In this document: piece after piece, positions 1-9,653 of the stretch
How the letters are laid out: every line of letters starts with the position of its first letter
How positions within the stretch are numbered: position 1 is the first letter of the stretch
DNA from: a virus
Lineage: Duplodnaviria > Heunggongvirae > Uroviricota > Caudoviricetes
DNA length: 46,375 bases
Direction: 5' to 3' (one strand)
Virus record (IMG/VR): IMGVR_UViG_2925891887_000007
The notes under the pieces: model-generated
The model's input: the letters and a program-made list of their open reading frames with translations, nothing else
What the model was told of the DNA's origin: nothing
Databases searched by the model: none
Program-made: the position numbers and the translations under genes

Positions 1-1
1 A

Positions 2-1297
2 TTAATTTTTCATTGCTTCGTTATGGGGCATGGTTGGGGCAAACTCGCTTAACTGTGTATTTAACAAAGCTACCTGTGCATTATTGTTTTCAGACATCCA
101 TTTTCCGTATACCTGAAATACCATTTGCGCATCTGCATGGCCCATCTGGTTTGCTATAAATGCCGGGTTAGCACCAGCTGTCAGCGACCAGCAGGCATAA
201 GTATGTCTCGACTGATATGATTTTCGATGGCGGAGTCCGGCACGTTTTATCGCTGCGTCCCACATCTGCCTTATTGAGTCAACGGTAAAATGGTCACCAT
301 AATTTTTTACTCTCGCTGACACTTCAGGTTGAAAAACAAAGGTGCATTTTTGTTTTTCTGTTCTGCCATACTCTCTGAGGTGAACATCAATGATATGCTC
401 TTTGCTCAGTCTCGTTAATGTCATCTGACTCCGGAGAGCGTCGATTGCTGGCTTAATAAGATGAATGACCCGATTGGTTCCTGCCTGTGTTTTTGGTACC
501 GTGAAACGGTCTTTTGCTAAATTTCTCCTGATCATCATTGTTCCATTTTTCAGATCTATGTCCTCCCATCCAAGTGCACACAGCTCACCAGGGCGAACGC
601 CAGTATAAACAGAAACACACCATAAATTTTTTGCTTGCTGATTTCTGCACGCATCGATAAGACGGATAAATTCCTCCCGCGAAAGAGGATCCGGAATGCT
701 TCTTGATTCCTTTAATGGCGAGATCCCCTTAAACGGATTATCTGCCAGGTAACCGTTATCAACACCAAACTGGAACACGGCGTTAAGATTTGTCATGTAA
801 TTATTTACAGTTACAGCCGATCTCCCTGGTTGTGTAACAATATAGTTACTTTTGGGGATCTGGTATCCAGTCAGTAGCTCTTTACGAACCTCCAGTAATT
901 TTTCTTTATTAATCGATGAGGCAAGATTTTTTTCACCGATTATGCTCAGGATATTTTTGATGACGGCACGGTATGTGTTGAGTGATGTTTTGGCGACTTC
1001 AGTTTCTTTCAGTGCCAGAAATTTTTCAGCCAGTTCTTTTATGGTTAAATCTTGTCGGGCCTCACCAAATTTTTCCAGATTGCGTGAGGAGGGAAACTGT
1101 TTTGCATAGTCGAAAACACCAGTTTTTATTGCGTAACAAACAGAGGCGCGTAGTTCACCTGCAACGCGCCTGTTTTTTGCTGTGTCAGGAACCCCCAGAT
1201 TTTCCCTGACTCTTACGCCTTTATAAACAAACCAGATACGTAATTTCCCTCCATGGTTTTCCACGCCTGTCGGATATTTCATTTCAACTTCTCTCAT
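2..1297 (-). CDS. int: Phage integrase, tyrosine recombinase family (alternative start at 1282)
   Basis: 431-aa ORF with recombinase-like C-terminal region (HxxR, terminal Tyr region); located at the prophage edge next to an excisionase-like gene. Confidence 0.88.
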   Translation of the reverse strand: MREVEMKYPTGVENHGGKLRIWFVYKGVRVRENLGVPDTAKNRRVAGELRASVCYAIKTGVFDYAKQFPSSRNLEKFGEARQDLTIKELAEKFLALKETEVAKTSLNTYRAVIKNILSIIGEKNLASSINKEKLLEVRKELLTGYQIPKSNYIVTQPGRSAVTVNNYMTNLNAVFQFGVDNGYLADNPFKGISPLKESRSIPDPLSREEFIRLIDACRNQQAKNLWCVSVYTGVRPGELCALGWEDIDLKNGTMMIRRNLAKDRFTVPKTQAGTNRVIHLIKPAIDALRSQMTLTRLSKEHIIDVHLREYGRTEKQKCTFVFQPEVSARVKNYGDHFTVDSIRQMWDAAIKRAGLRHRKSYQSRHTYACWSLTAGANPAFIANQMGHADAQMVFQVYGKWMSENNNAQVALLNTQLSEFAPTMPHNEAMKN

Positions 1298-1316
1298 TAG
1301 TTAGTGTGGCTTTTAG

Positions 1317-1568
1317 TCAAGTAAGATGACGTCTTGGTCTCGCTGATGCCTGGCGCTCAATCCAGCGATCAATTTCTTCTAGGTTGTAAAAGCATGGACT
1401 GTTATCCCATGGCATACCGTCATGAGCGACATGCTTATATTCCCTTCCTTCCATAAACGATTTTTCCCGGGCCTTTTTTAACGTACCTTTTTTTATTCCT
1501 TTCAGCGCAATTAACTGCTCTTCGGATACCCATTTGCCGGGAGAGACAATCATGATTACTTCGCTCAT
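1317..1568 (-). CDS. xis: Excisionase-like small DNA-binding protein
   Basis: 83-aa basic protein immediately upstream of int on the same strand; typical int-xis pairing. Confidence 0.65.
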   Translation of the reverse strand: MSEVIMIVSPGKWVSEEQLIALKGIKKGTLKKAREKSFMEGREYKHVAHDGMPWDNSPCFYNLEEIDRWIERQASARPRRHLT

Positions 1569-1640
1569 CGATTTCTTTATCTCTTACATCAGACGAGCGC
1601 CGGTTGCAGAATACCAGTCACAACCGGCGACAGTTGAACA

Positions 1641-4112
1641 TTAAGAATCAGCCTGACTCGGGATCAGTTTTTGCCAGATAACTGAAACGTATTTTGCCTG
1701 GTAACGGGCGTCATCAAGTGCATTATGGCGCTCACCTTCGAATGGAATAGCCGTTCTGGCATCGAAGTCTATGGCTTTCCCCAGCTCAACGATTGTGCGT
1801 ACATCGCGATCGTTGTAGTAACGCCACGGGCAGGGGATCCCCTGCCGTTCGTATGAACGGCGCAAAATCGTGTTGTCGAAGTTGGCTCCATTTCCCCAAA
1901 CCTGAACAAAAAATTCACCGGAGTTTTCGTCGATAAATTCTCGCAATTGTAACAGTGCATCATCTAACGGGATTTCATCGGTCATAATGGCAGATTGCGC
2001 TTCGCGTGATTGCTTAAGCCACCATTTAATGGTGTCCCGATCAATGACTCCGCCAGCAGTTTCCAGATCGATAGTCTTACTAAATTCCGGTCCCATATCT
2101 CCGGTTTGCGGATCGAAAAATATTGCACCTATTGAGATGATCGGGGCATCAGGATTTTTTCCCATGGTTTCAAGGTCGATCATTAGATGGTCACACGTCC
2201 TGCTGGTGGATGTGATTCCGTGATGACCGTTCACCTTAATTGGGTGATCTGCCGTCTCGCCAGTTTCATTATCGCTATTGTGATGCTGATTGCCGCCAGT
2301 GTTCTCCTTGTGTGGATGTTCAGCGCCTTCCATTTCCTCCGGATCATCTTCCTGAACTTCAACCTGATACTCTTCATCGAATGTTTCTTGGTATGTTGCG
2401 TCGCCCATCACCGCGCCACAATCAGGGCAGTTGCCGCCGCCGGTCTGACCGCAGGCGGTGCAGACTTTTTCCACTTCCTGTTGCGCTACTGGTTCAGGCT
2501 GTTTCGTTTCTGGCTCGTTTTGTAACGCATTTGGACTGTTTTGTTCCGCTTTTTGGTAGTTCCGTTCCGATTCATGCTGGTTCTGGTTCACAGAATCGCG
2601 GGTCTGGAGCCCCTTAACCCATTTCGGATCATTCGGGTCACTAATCCCTTCAACAAATTCACCACGTGATGCAGCAAGCAACTTATCGGCGTCAGGCTGG
2701 CTGATATTGGCTGCCTGCATAATTTTGTTTACTTCGTCAGCGGTAACTTTTATCGGCTCTGGTTGTTCTGAATCTTCAGCGGTATCTACATTTTGCGGTA
2801 AGCCCGTGTATGTGCCATTTTTTCGGGCAAAATATTCTTCTTTTGTGATTTCAGTGGCGCCAGCAGCCAGTGCCTTATCCAGACCAGAGAGTTTGTTTGC
2901 GCGACCGTATTTTTCTCCGTCCTTATCTGCGAAGAGGAAATAGAACGGCCCCTCACGCTCTACAGATGGTTCAGCTTCCGGCGCGGTTTCATTTTTTGGG
3001 ATATCAGATACCTCAGTTTCCACTGCATCAGTTTGTGTTTCTGATGACTGGAGAACATCAACAGTGCCCAGGTCTGTTTCTTCATTCTCAAACACGCCCT
3101 TTGTCGTCAGGTATTCGCAGATATATTTGTTCAGTGCTACGGGATCTTTGTGAATGTCGATCGGACGCTCACGGACAAGGCCAAAAATAGTTTGGCGGTC
3201 GTAGCGAAGGGCATCAGGCTGTTTGCGCATTGATGCCGAGATACGCTTCCAGTCTTCGCGGTCGTTGTCGATAACTTCTTTTTTTGCCCAGCGATGGATG
3301 CTGCCGTCAATGTTTCCGGCATCCACATCACCAGGCCAGAGAGCGTAGGCCAGTTCGTCATCCAGTGTTTTCCATGTCTGCTTGTATTCGCGATGAATGG
3401 CAGCAATGACCGGGCTGATTTTTCCTGTTGAATTTTCAGTGTACTGTTGATTGGCTCTGGCGCGGGCGAGATCAACAACAGACGTGTATTTTCCGGTTTC
3501 CTTGCGTTCACCTTCGCGACGTTTTTTCCAGATGCGCATCTCTGCCTGAATTTCGGGCCATTTAGCACCAGGAATACATTTATGCTTAACCCACCCAATG
3601 GCGTGCAACTTAAGCTCCGGATACATGGCGTTAACTTCTGGCATTTTCATCAACGCTTCAACGATATGTCCGTCGAATGTTGCCATGTCTTCCTGCAACA
3701 ATTCCTGTGCGCTAATAACCATATCAACGGTGATGTTTTCACATGTGTCGAACTTAACCATGACAGCGTTCTGTACTTCAGGGGCCAGCTTGTCAAAAGT
3801 GACGTTCATCGGATCGGATTCAGTCTCAACCGGGACAAAAGAAGCAGACTCCTCATCCCAGCGGTTTTCCTGCATATATTCAGCATCCCATGAATCGAGG
3901 GCAGGGCGGGGTATGCCAGGTTTATCCTCGCAGACAATAAATTTATAAGCGCAGTCCTGAGCAGCCGGATAATGTTCCAGGAATTGCCAGTGAAATTTTG
4001 CTCGAGCACGGCGTTCGTCGCCAGCTTCAATGGCTGTGGCTACAGCCACAGCGCCTTCTTCCCTTGTTGCCAGTTCGTCAGGAATAGCGGCGCAAATAAA
4101 GACTTTACTCAT
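1641..4112 (-). CDS. Large early protein with C-terminal DEDDh (DnaQ-like) 3'-5' exonuclease domain and a central CxxC-x-CxxC zinc ribbon
   Basis: C-terminus has DLETMG...WGNGANFD...HNALDDA exonuclease motifs; start chosen at MSKVF (GAGGT RBS), since the table start at 4148 is a TTG. Confidence 0.75.
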   Translation of the reverse strand: MSKVFICAAIPDELATREEGAVAVATAIEAGDERRARAKFHWQFLEHYPAAQDCAYKFIVCEDKPGIPRPALDSWDAEYMQENRWDEESASFVPVETESDPMNVTFDKLAPEVQNAVMVKFDTCENITVDMVISAQELLQEDMATFDGHIVEALMKMPEVNAMYPELKLHAIGWVKHKCIPGAKWPEIQAEMRIWKKRREGERKETGKYTSVVDLARARANQQYTENSTGKISPVIAAIHREYKQTWKTLDDELAYALWPGDVDAGNIDGSIHRWAKKEVIDNDREDWKRISASMRKQPDALRYDRQTIFGLVRERPIDIHKDPVALNKYICEYLTTKGVFENEETDLGTVDVLQSSETQTDAVETEVSDIPKNETAPEAEPSVEREGPFYFLFADKDGEKYGRANKLSGLDKALAAGATEITKEEYFARKNGTYTGLPQNVDTAEDSEQPEPIKVTADEVNKIMQAANISQPDADKLLAASRGEFVEGISDPNDPKWVKGLQTRDSVNQNQHESERNYQKAEQNSPNALQNEPETKQPEPVAQQEVEKVCTACGQTGGGNCPDCGAVMGDATYQETFDEEYQVEVQEDDPEEMEGAEHPHKENTGGNQHHNSDNETGETADHPIKVNGHHGITSTSRTCDHLMIDLETMGKNPDAPIISIGAIFFDPQTGDMGPEFSKTIDLETAGGVIDRDTIKWWLKQSREAQSAIMTDEIPLDDALLQLREFIDENSGEFFVQVWGNGANFDNTILRRSYERQGIPCPWRYYNDRDVRTIVELGKAIDFDARTAIPFEGERHNALDDARYQAKYVSVIWQKLIPSQADS

Positions 4113-4204
4113 TTGTTTTAACCTCATGACAGATTTAAGGATGAACAAATCCCTGCCATTGCTGGCATATAAGAATGAAACCGGATATTTATTACGGAAC
4201 TGTT

Positions 4205-4396
4205 TTAAAGACCTGCCGGGATTTCGATATTATCCTGGTGAATAACTTTATCGACCGGGTAACAGTTACCGGGAATTTTCTGTTCGGTTGCTGCAGTCAT
4301 ACACTCCTGCATTGTCCTGTGAACACTGACTGCAATATCAACTGGCTCTCCGGAAACAAGAAAAACTGTCAGAACAAGCACAAATGCTGAATTCAT
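4205..4396 (-). CDS. ydfD: YdfD-like small protein with N-terminal hydrophobic segment
   Basis: 63 aa; ATGA start/stop overlap with upstream dicB-like ORF; position and size match the Qin dicB operon. Confidence 0.6.
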   Translation of the reverse strand: MNSAFVLVLTVFLVSGEPVDIAVSVHRTMQECMTAATEQKIPGNCYPVDKVIHQDNIEIPAGL

Positions 4397-4581
4397 TGTG
4401 CACATCCTTTTGGCATCAGACGTAAACGAGCCAGCATTGAAACAATGCATATTTTATTTAATAGCTCCCGTTCTTGTTTTCTCTTGTTAATGGCATCTTC
4501 AGTAAATACTGGGTTACTGATAGTGACACCAATTTCAAAACAACCTTCAGACGTATTAACGTTTGGTAATAACGTTTTCAT
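4393..4581 (-). CDS. dicB: DicB-like cell division inhibitor
   Basis: 62-aa ORF MKTLLPNVNTSEGCFEIGVTISNPVF... matching remembered DicB; GAGGA RBS. Confidence 0.75.
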   Translation of the reverse strand: MKTLLPNVNTSEGCFEIGVTISNPVFTEDAINKRKQERELLNKICIVSMLARLRLMPKGCAQ

Positions 4582-4755
4582 TATCGCGTCCTCAACAATG
4601 AATTTTGTGATGCAGTGCCTGGTGCCTCCAGGTGACGTTAACCAGTTAACAATTAACGCCGGATACAGAGAATCCACCCATAACACTGTTTTTGGTTTTA
4701 ACTGTTCCGCGTGCGCTCAGCCGCATTCACCACATCACAAAATTCACTTTAAAAA

Positions 4756-4808
4756 GGGCGGCAGAGCAGTCACGGAGTAAAACTGATACCGCCAAACGTC
4801 ACCAGAAA
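4756..4808 (-). ncRNA. dicF: DicF small RNA
   Basis: Minus-strand sequence TTTCTGGTGACGTTTGGCGGTATCAGTTTTACTCCGTGACTGCTCTGCCGCCC followed by a T-run; lies between ydfC-like and dicB-like genes as in Qin. Confidence 0.7.
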
Positions 4809-5148
4809 ATTGATAACAGAGGGCGTTGCAGCGGGGTTGTCACTTAAGCGTATGGTCAACCTGACAACCCGGTGTCCTCAACGGGGAAGGAATAACCCCG
4901 CCATACTTACCGCCGCGCCATTTCGCGGGTTGCCACAACCGGAAGCGCACGGTCGACGAAAATTTAACGACAGGCTATCTATGAACCAGCTACCTCGCCG
5001 TGCGCTTTCGCGTTATGGTCTGACTTTTCAGGGAAATATCCTTTCAGTAAACTGTCAGTTCCGGATGCGCACCCGTGTCCGGCGCACGCACTCCACCTCA
5101 CCCGTGGAGAACTCCTTAATTACTAACCTTAGCTTTGTTGATTAGCTA

Positions 5149-5367
5149 CTAACGCGGGTATGTAATCATTCTGGCAATGCTTAATGCCGCTGCTTTTTCC
5201 AGATTGGTGATATCCTGCTCCAGAGCGGACAGATTTTCAGCCTGCTTAGCCCTGGCTTCATTAGCCCATTTCAGATCCTGCGCTGCATTAATTTTCTGGC
5301 GCATCCACTCATAAAGTTCATCATCGGTATAGTCTGGCGCGATGATGACGGGTTCTCGTTTCTGCAT
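5149..5367 (-). CDS. ydfC: YdfC-like small protein
   Basis: 72-aa ORF with GAGGA RBS; size and order match the dicB operon. Confidence 0.65.
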   Translation of the reverse strand: MQKREPVIIAPDYTDDELYEWMRQKINAAQDLKWANEARAKQAENLSALEQDITNLEKAAALSIARMITYPR

Positions 5368-5397
5368 ACTGATTCCTCGCGGTGCTGTTTCGCTTAT

Positions 5398-5525
5398 CAG
5401 CCGTTAGATTTTGCCGAACTGGAAAGCGCCTGTTTAAACTCACTGAAGCTGAGAGCTTCTTCGCCTTCGGCAAGGCCTTCGAAGTATTCTTCGTAAGCCT
5501 TTTCCATGATTGTGTCGAAATCCAT
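5398..5525 (-). CDS. ydfB: YdfB-like small protein (42 aa, not in ORF track)
   Basis: ATG at 5523-5525 preceded by AGGTGA; translates MDFDTIMEKAYEEYFEGLAEGEEALSFSEFKQALSSSAKSNG; tightly packed between the ydfA- and ydfC-like genes. Confidence 0.55.
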
Positions 5526-5526
5526 A

Positions 5527-5682
5527 TCACTCACCTGAGTTTCTTTCCAGCCAGCGACGGGCACCATTTTCGGTTTTAAACGTTTTGCTTTTGGTATACG
5601 TCATTGCGGTGAACGTGCCGTCCTGGTTTGGAAACACGCCGTACACCAGAGATTCGTTGTTGCCAAGATCGATAGTATCCAT
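5527..5682 (-). CDS. ydfA: YdfA-like small protein (51 aa)
   Basis: Internal ATG at 5680-5682 with GAGGT RBS; first gene of the leftward operon downstream of a putative operator. Confidence 0.6.
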   Translation of the reverse strand: MDTIDLGNNESLVYGVFPNQDGTFTAMTYTKSKTFKTENGARRWLERNSGE

Positions 5683-5795
5683 GCTGACCTCATTTCCCCT
5701 TAACGCTGGGGTAGCGGAACTGTTTGCGGAGAACACCGTGCGGTGTGTTGATGGAGGTAATTTAGTTTTCTCATTATTTTTCGTCAAGGTTTTTT

Positions 5796-5813
5796 GATGA
5801 GAAAACTCAAGTG
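5796..5813. promoter_or_regulatory. Putative left operator (TGAGAAAACTCA inverted repeat)
   Basis: Same 12-mer also found in the repressor/cro intergenic region. Confidence 0.4.
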
Positions 5814-5874
5814 TTGGCGCAAGATAAAGCCAATACATTGAAATGTAAGGCTTTAAAATTTTGTGAAGGGATGA

Positions 5875-6282
5875 TTATTGATGCTTGTTGCGTTTGCGAG
5901 CCTCTAATAGCTCGGTGAACAGGCGATTAAAATTCTCAACGCGGGCGCGGAGTTCGCTGAGTTGTGCTTGTTGCTCTGATTTAGGAAGTGCGCGATACAA
6001 ACGCAGCATCTCTAACTCATCTTCCGATAAGTCTAGGGTACTATCGAGTGAAACAGGGGGAGCTGGTGTTTTGTCCTCGTCGCCAAACAGTATCCAGGTT
6101 GGTGAACATTGCAATACCTCGGCGAGGCGATGCAAATTTTGCCCGCGCGGGGCTGTATGGTCACTTTCCCATAATGAAATTGATGAGCCAGATACGCCAG
6201 CAGCTTTGCTTAAACCGTTTTGACTTAAGCCTACCTGCTTACGTCTTTCTCTAATGCGTTGACCTAAAGTTTTCTCGTTCAT
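5875..6282 (-). CDS. dicA: Phage repressor, HTH XRE family, DicA-like
   Basis: 135 aa from MNEKTLGQRIRERRK; HTH motif; VLQCSPTWILFGDEDK segment matches remembered DicA; divergent from a cro-like gene. Confidence 0.85.
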   Translation of the reverse strand: MNEKTLGQRIRERRKQVGLSQNGLSKAAGVSGSSISLWESDHTAPRGQNLHRLAEVLQCSPTWILFGDEDKTPAPPVSLDSTLDLSEDELEMLRLYRALPKSEQQAQLSELRARVENFNRLFTELLEARKRNKHQ

Positions 6283-6359
6283 ATTTAGATATCTTAATAA
6301 TCCTTGACTTGAGATTCCTTGAGTGATTAGCATTGAGAAAACTCAATATTGGAGGTGCG
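6283..6359. promoter_or_regulatory. Divergent promoter/operator region of the immunity switch
   Basis: 77-bp intergenic between divergent repressor and cro-like genes with repeated TTGAG half-sites and TTGAGAAAACTCAA. Confidence 0.5.
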
Positions 6360-6587
6360 ATGTTTAAATCAGACGTAATTAATTTTTACGGTACGAAAGC
6401 CAAAGTAGCGAAAGCTGCTGGCGTTGACCCATCTGCTGTTTCTCAATGGCAAGAGCTAGTTCCTGAAGGTCGCGCGATGCGTCTACAGGAGGCATCTGGC
6501 GGCGAGCTTCTGTATGATCCCAAGGTTTATGACGAATATCGTAAGACGAAGCGGGCGGGGCGGTTGAACAATGAAAATCACTCCTGA
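6360..6587 (+). CDS. dicC: Cro-like DNA-binding protein (DicC/YdaS family)
   Basis: 75 aa from ATG at 6360 preceded by GGAGGT; divergent from repressor. Confidence 0.75.
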   Translation: MFKSDVINFYGTKAKVAKAAGVDPSAVSQWQELVPEGRAMRLQEASGGELLYDPKVYDEYRKTKRAGRLNNENHS

Positions 6588-7092
6588 ACAGGCTCGTGAG
6601 GCTCTGGATGCCTGGATATGTCGACCAGGAATGACACAGGAGCAGGCGACGATATTAATCACTGAAGCATTCTGGGCTTTGAAAGAGCGCCCGAACATCG
6701 ATGTTCAGCGTGTCACAGATGAAGGTGGCGCGGTTGATCAGCGAGCGCTTGGCGTTAATCGAGTGAAGATATTCGAACGCTGGAAGGCTATCGACACCAG
6801 GGATAAGCGTGAAAAGTTCACGGCGCTAGTGCCTGCAATTATGGAGGCTATCCGGATTAATGATTTCAGGTTGTATCGTGAAATTAGTGACGGAAAAAGC
6901 ATCACGTACATGATCGCCGGGTTAAACAAAGAATATGGCGATGTGGTGGAGTCCGGACTGCTTTTTGCTGATCCTGCCGTAGTGGATCGTGAAACTGACG
7001 AACTTATAGAAAAAGCAATTGCTTTCAAACTTGCGTATCGACAGCAATACCAACAAAAAGCTGGATGGAATTATGAGCCTTCTTTTTGCTGA
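6571..7092 (+). CDS. Hypothetical early protein in the cII position (possibly YdaT-like)
   Basis: 173-aa ORF overlapping cro-like stop; position only, family not confidently recognised. Confidence 0.55.
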   Translation: MKITPEQAREALDAWICRPGMTQEQATILITEAFWALKERPNIDVQRVTDEGGAVDQRALGVNRVKIFERWKAIDTRDKREKFTALVPAIMEAIRINDFRLYREISDGKSITYMIAGLNKEYGDVVESGLLFADPAVVDRETDELIEKAIAFKLAYRQQYQQKAGWNYEPSFC

Positions 7093-8038
7093 ACGCCCAC
7101 TGGTTATAAACACACAGCTTGCGATGAAGATTGGCTTAAATGAAGCCATTGTGTTGCAGCAGTTGCATTACTGGTTGAGAGATACCAATTCCGGCATGGA
7201 ATGTGATGGTGTTCGCTGGATTTACAACACAACGGAACAATGGCTGGAACAGTTCCCATTCTGGTCAGAGTCAACGTTAAAGCGCGCGTTTGCAAGTCTG
7301 AAAACGCTGGGGCTCTTGCGTTGTGAAAAGCTCAATAAATCAAAGCGCGATATGACCAATTTCTACACGATTAACTATGGGAGCGAGCTTTTAGATGATG
7401 GCAAATTGAGCGAATCCATCGGTTCAAAATGCGCCGCTCCATCAGGTCAAAATGACACGATGGAAGAGGTCAAAATGAAACGCTCCATTGGTTCAAAACG
7501 ACCCAATGTCATCGGGTCAAAATGGCCCGATGATCCTACAGAGAATACAACAGAGATTACTACAGAGAATAAAAACACTTTTCGTCCGGAAGCTTCGCAA
7601 CCGGACCCGCAGACGGCTGAACAGGATTTTTTAATCTGGCACCCTGGCGCAGTTGTGTTTAGTGCGAAAAAACGCCAGTGGGGTAGCCAGGAGGATCTGG
7701 CGTGTGCGCAGTGGATATGGGGGCGGATCGTGGGTCTCTACGAACAGGCCGCCAGTGATGATGGCGAGATCATGCGACCAAAAGAGCCTAACTGGACTGT
7801 CTGGGCCAATGATGTGCGCACAATGCGGATGCTGGATGGCAGAAGCCACAGACAAATTTGTGAAATGTTTGGTCGGGTACAGCGGGATCCGTTCTGGGTA
7901 AAAAACATCATGAGCCCGTCAAAGCTCCGCGAAAAATGGGACGAACTGGTCATCCGCCTGGGGCGTTCACCTGTACAGCGTTGTGTTAATCATATTTCTG
8001 AACCGGATACAGAAATTCCGCCTGGTTTCAGAGGATAA
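7073..8038 (+). CDS. Phage replication protein (replisome-organiser-like N-terminus, possible DnaT-like C-terminus)
   Basis: 322 aa from MSLLFAERPLVINTQLAMKIGLNEAIVLQQLHYW; position after the immunity region. Confidence 0.65.
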   Translation: MSLLFAERPLVINTQLAMKIGLNEAIVLQQLHYWLRDTNSGMECDGVRWIYNTTEQWLEQFPFWSESTLKRAFASLKTLGLLRCEKLNKSKRDMTNFYTINYGSELLDDGKLSESIGSKCAAPSGQNDTMEEVKMKRSIGSKRPNVIGSKWPDDPTENTTEITTENKNTFRPEASQPDPQTAEQDFLIWHPGAVVFSAKKRQWGSQEDLACAQWIWGRIVGLYEQAASDDGEIMRPKEPNWTVWANDVRTMRMLDGRSHRQICEMFGRVQRDPFWVKNIMSPSKLREKWDELVIRLGRSPVQRCVNHISEPDTEIPPGFRG

Positions 8039-8078
8039 GTTTTGATTTCAGGTCATGAGGTAATTTTAAGGGGGACTT

Positions 8079-8501
8079 GTGGCAAAAGTTTTTACACAAG
8101 AAGAGCGGGAAAAAATTAAAGGGCAGGTGGTGGAACTCGTGCGCCAGAGCGGTCGTGAGACGTTACGGCAACTGGAAGTCAAGACAGGTGCGACAAGATA
8201 TCTGATGAGCGTTCTCGCAAGAGAGCTGGTTGCCAGCGGCGATGTATACAACTCTGGTTACGGGTTATTCCCGTCTGAACAGGCGCGTAAGGACTGGCAA
8301 AATGCCCGTAAAAAGCTCTCAAGGGCAAAGCTGAAGGAACCATCTGCGGTTGATCCGGACCTTATCTGGTCATTACCTGACGGAGAAATACGTCGCTACG
8401 ACAGGCGTCAGAACATAATCTGTCGCGAGTGCCGGAAGAGTGAAGTTATGCAGCGCATACTAGCATTCTATCAGGGAAATGCTCGATATTTATTGAAGTG
8501 A
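8079..8501 (+). CDS. Hypothetical protein with possible HTH
   Basis: 140-aa ORF, GTG start with AAGGGGG RBS. Confidence 0.5.
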   Translation: MAKVFTQEEREKIKGQVVELVRQSGRETLRQLEVKTGATRYLMSVLARELVASGDVYNSGYGLFPSEQARKDWQNARKKLSRAKLKEPSAVDPDLIWSLPDGEIRRYDRRQNIICRECRKSEVMQRILAFYQGNARYLLK

Positions 8502-8753
8502 TGAGATTAAAGTTTATTAGTTCAGATATTGATTGGCTCTTTTGTGGAGTAGGGTAGAGTTAGTGTGTTTGTCTGCTTGGTGCCAGCAGCGGATATGTTT
8601 AACAACAGAAAGCATTCAGCATGGTTAGTGGATTTGCAAAGTGGATTAGGATTTGAGAAACTTTGATGAAGTTGTAAAGCTTGTTTCTATAAAAATAGAA
8701 ATTTAACTAATAGTTAAACACACCTCCAGCTTCATTGAAAAGGATTATTAGCT

Positions 8754-9653
8754 ATGATTGATCCACTTATTAGAAACTTACAGAGTGATATTGCACTACT
8801 CCAGCTTTATATCGCGCAACGCAAACAGGCAGGCTTTCATGACATGGAAAGAATAATTGAGTCATTGACCATCTTTATGTTTCGCGCGCTGAAAATGGGT
8901 GAACTGGTAAACATGAATCAGATTAAAGTTAATTTTCCCGCCATTGATTTAGCTGATAATAAAAACATGATAGCAGTTCAAGTTACTACGAATGCAAGTC
9001 CAGCAAAAATTAAAAAAACTATCGAATCTTTTGAGGAAGCAAATGAAATAGGAGAGAGTCTGAAAGATAAATACTCTACTTTATATATTTTTGGTTTTTG
9101 TAAAGCCTCAAGATACCTAACTCCAAGTTATTGTAAAATAATCGACCCCAGCTATTTCGTGAATGAACTTTGCGATAAAGCAGATGAAGATATGGTCCAG
9201 GATATGATTGACGCCATTCGACGCCATCATGATTATACATCATTACATCCATGGAGTGATAAAGATTCACTCGAAATTATACTCAATATTATTAATCGCA
9301 ATGCAATAAAACATCGGATGAGTTGCGAAGGCAGTCTGTCTGATATGCTCACTGGTTTAAAAGAAATTAATGAAGTAATTACAAAAGGAACAATTCAACG
9401 TAAGCAACGTTCAAAATCGATATCTGACTTCAAAGATCAAAGCATGGTGAAATTTATGAGAGGTGTAATGGATGATTTGTCTGTTATTCAAGCCATAGTG
9501 AACAAATCTAAAGTTAACCAAGGTGATATGGTTTATATAAGCCATGAAGATATGATTAATATTGATAAATTAAAAGCTAAAATAGCAAGTGATTCATCAG
9601 AGATTGCAAGGCTAAATAATATTGATATAACACTAAATGTTGTTGATTTATAA
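8754..9653 (+). CDS. Hypothetical 299-aa protein in low-GC cargo island
   Basis: Long ORF in markedly AT-rich DNA; no catalytic motif recognised by eye. Confidence 0.7.
   Translation: MIDPLIRNLQSDIALLQLYIAQRKQAGFHDMERIIESLTIFMFRALKMGELVNMNQIKVNFPAIDLADNKNMIAVQVTTNASPAKIKKTIESFEEANEIGESLKDKYSTLYIFGFCKASRYLTPSYCKIIDPSYFVNELCDKADEDMVQDMIDAIRRHHDYTSLHPWSDKDSLEIILNIINRNAIKHRMSCEGSLSDMLTGLKEINEVITKGTIQRKQRSKSISDFKDQSMVKFMRGVMDDLSVIQAIVNKSKVNQGDMVYISHEDMINIDKLKAKIASDSSEIARLNNIDITLNVVDL

Noticed and set aside
4810-5145. 111-aa plus-strand ORF
   Set aside because: Lies in the untranslated ydfC-dicF spacer of the leftward operon and abuts the DicF sequence on the opposite strand; Arg-rich, no RBS.
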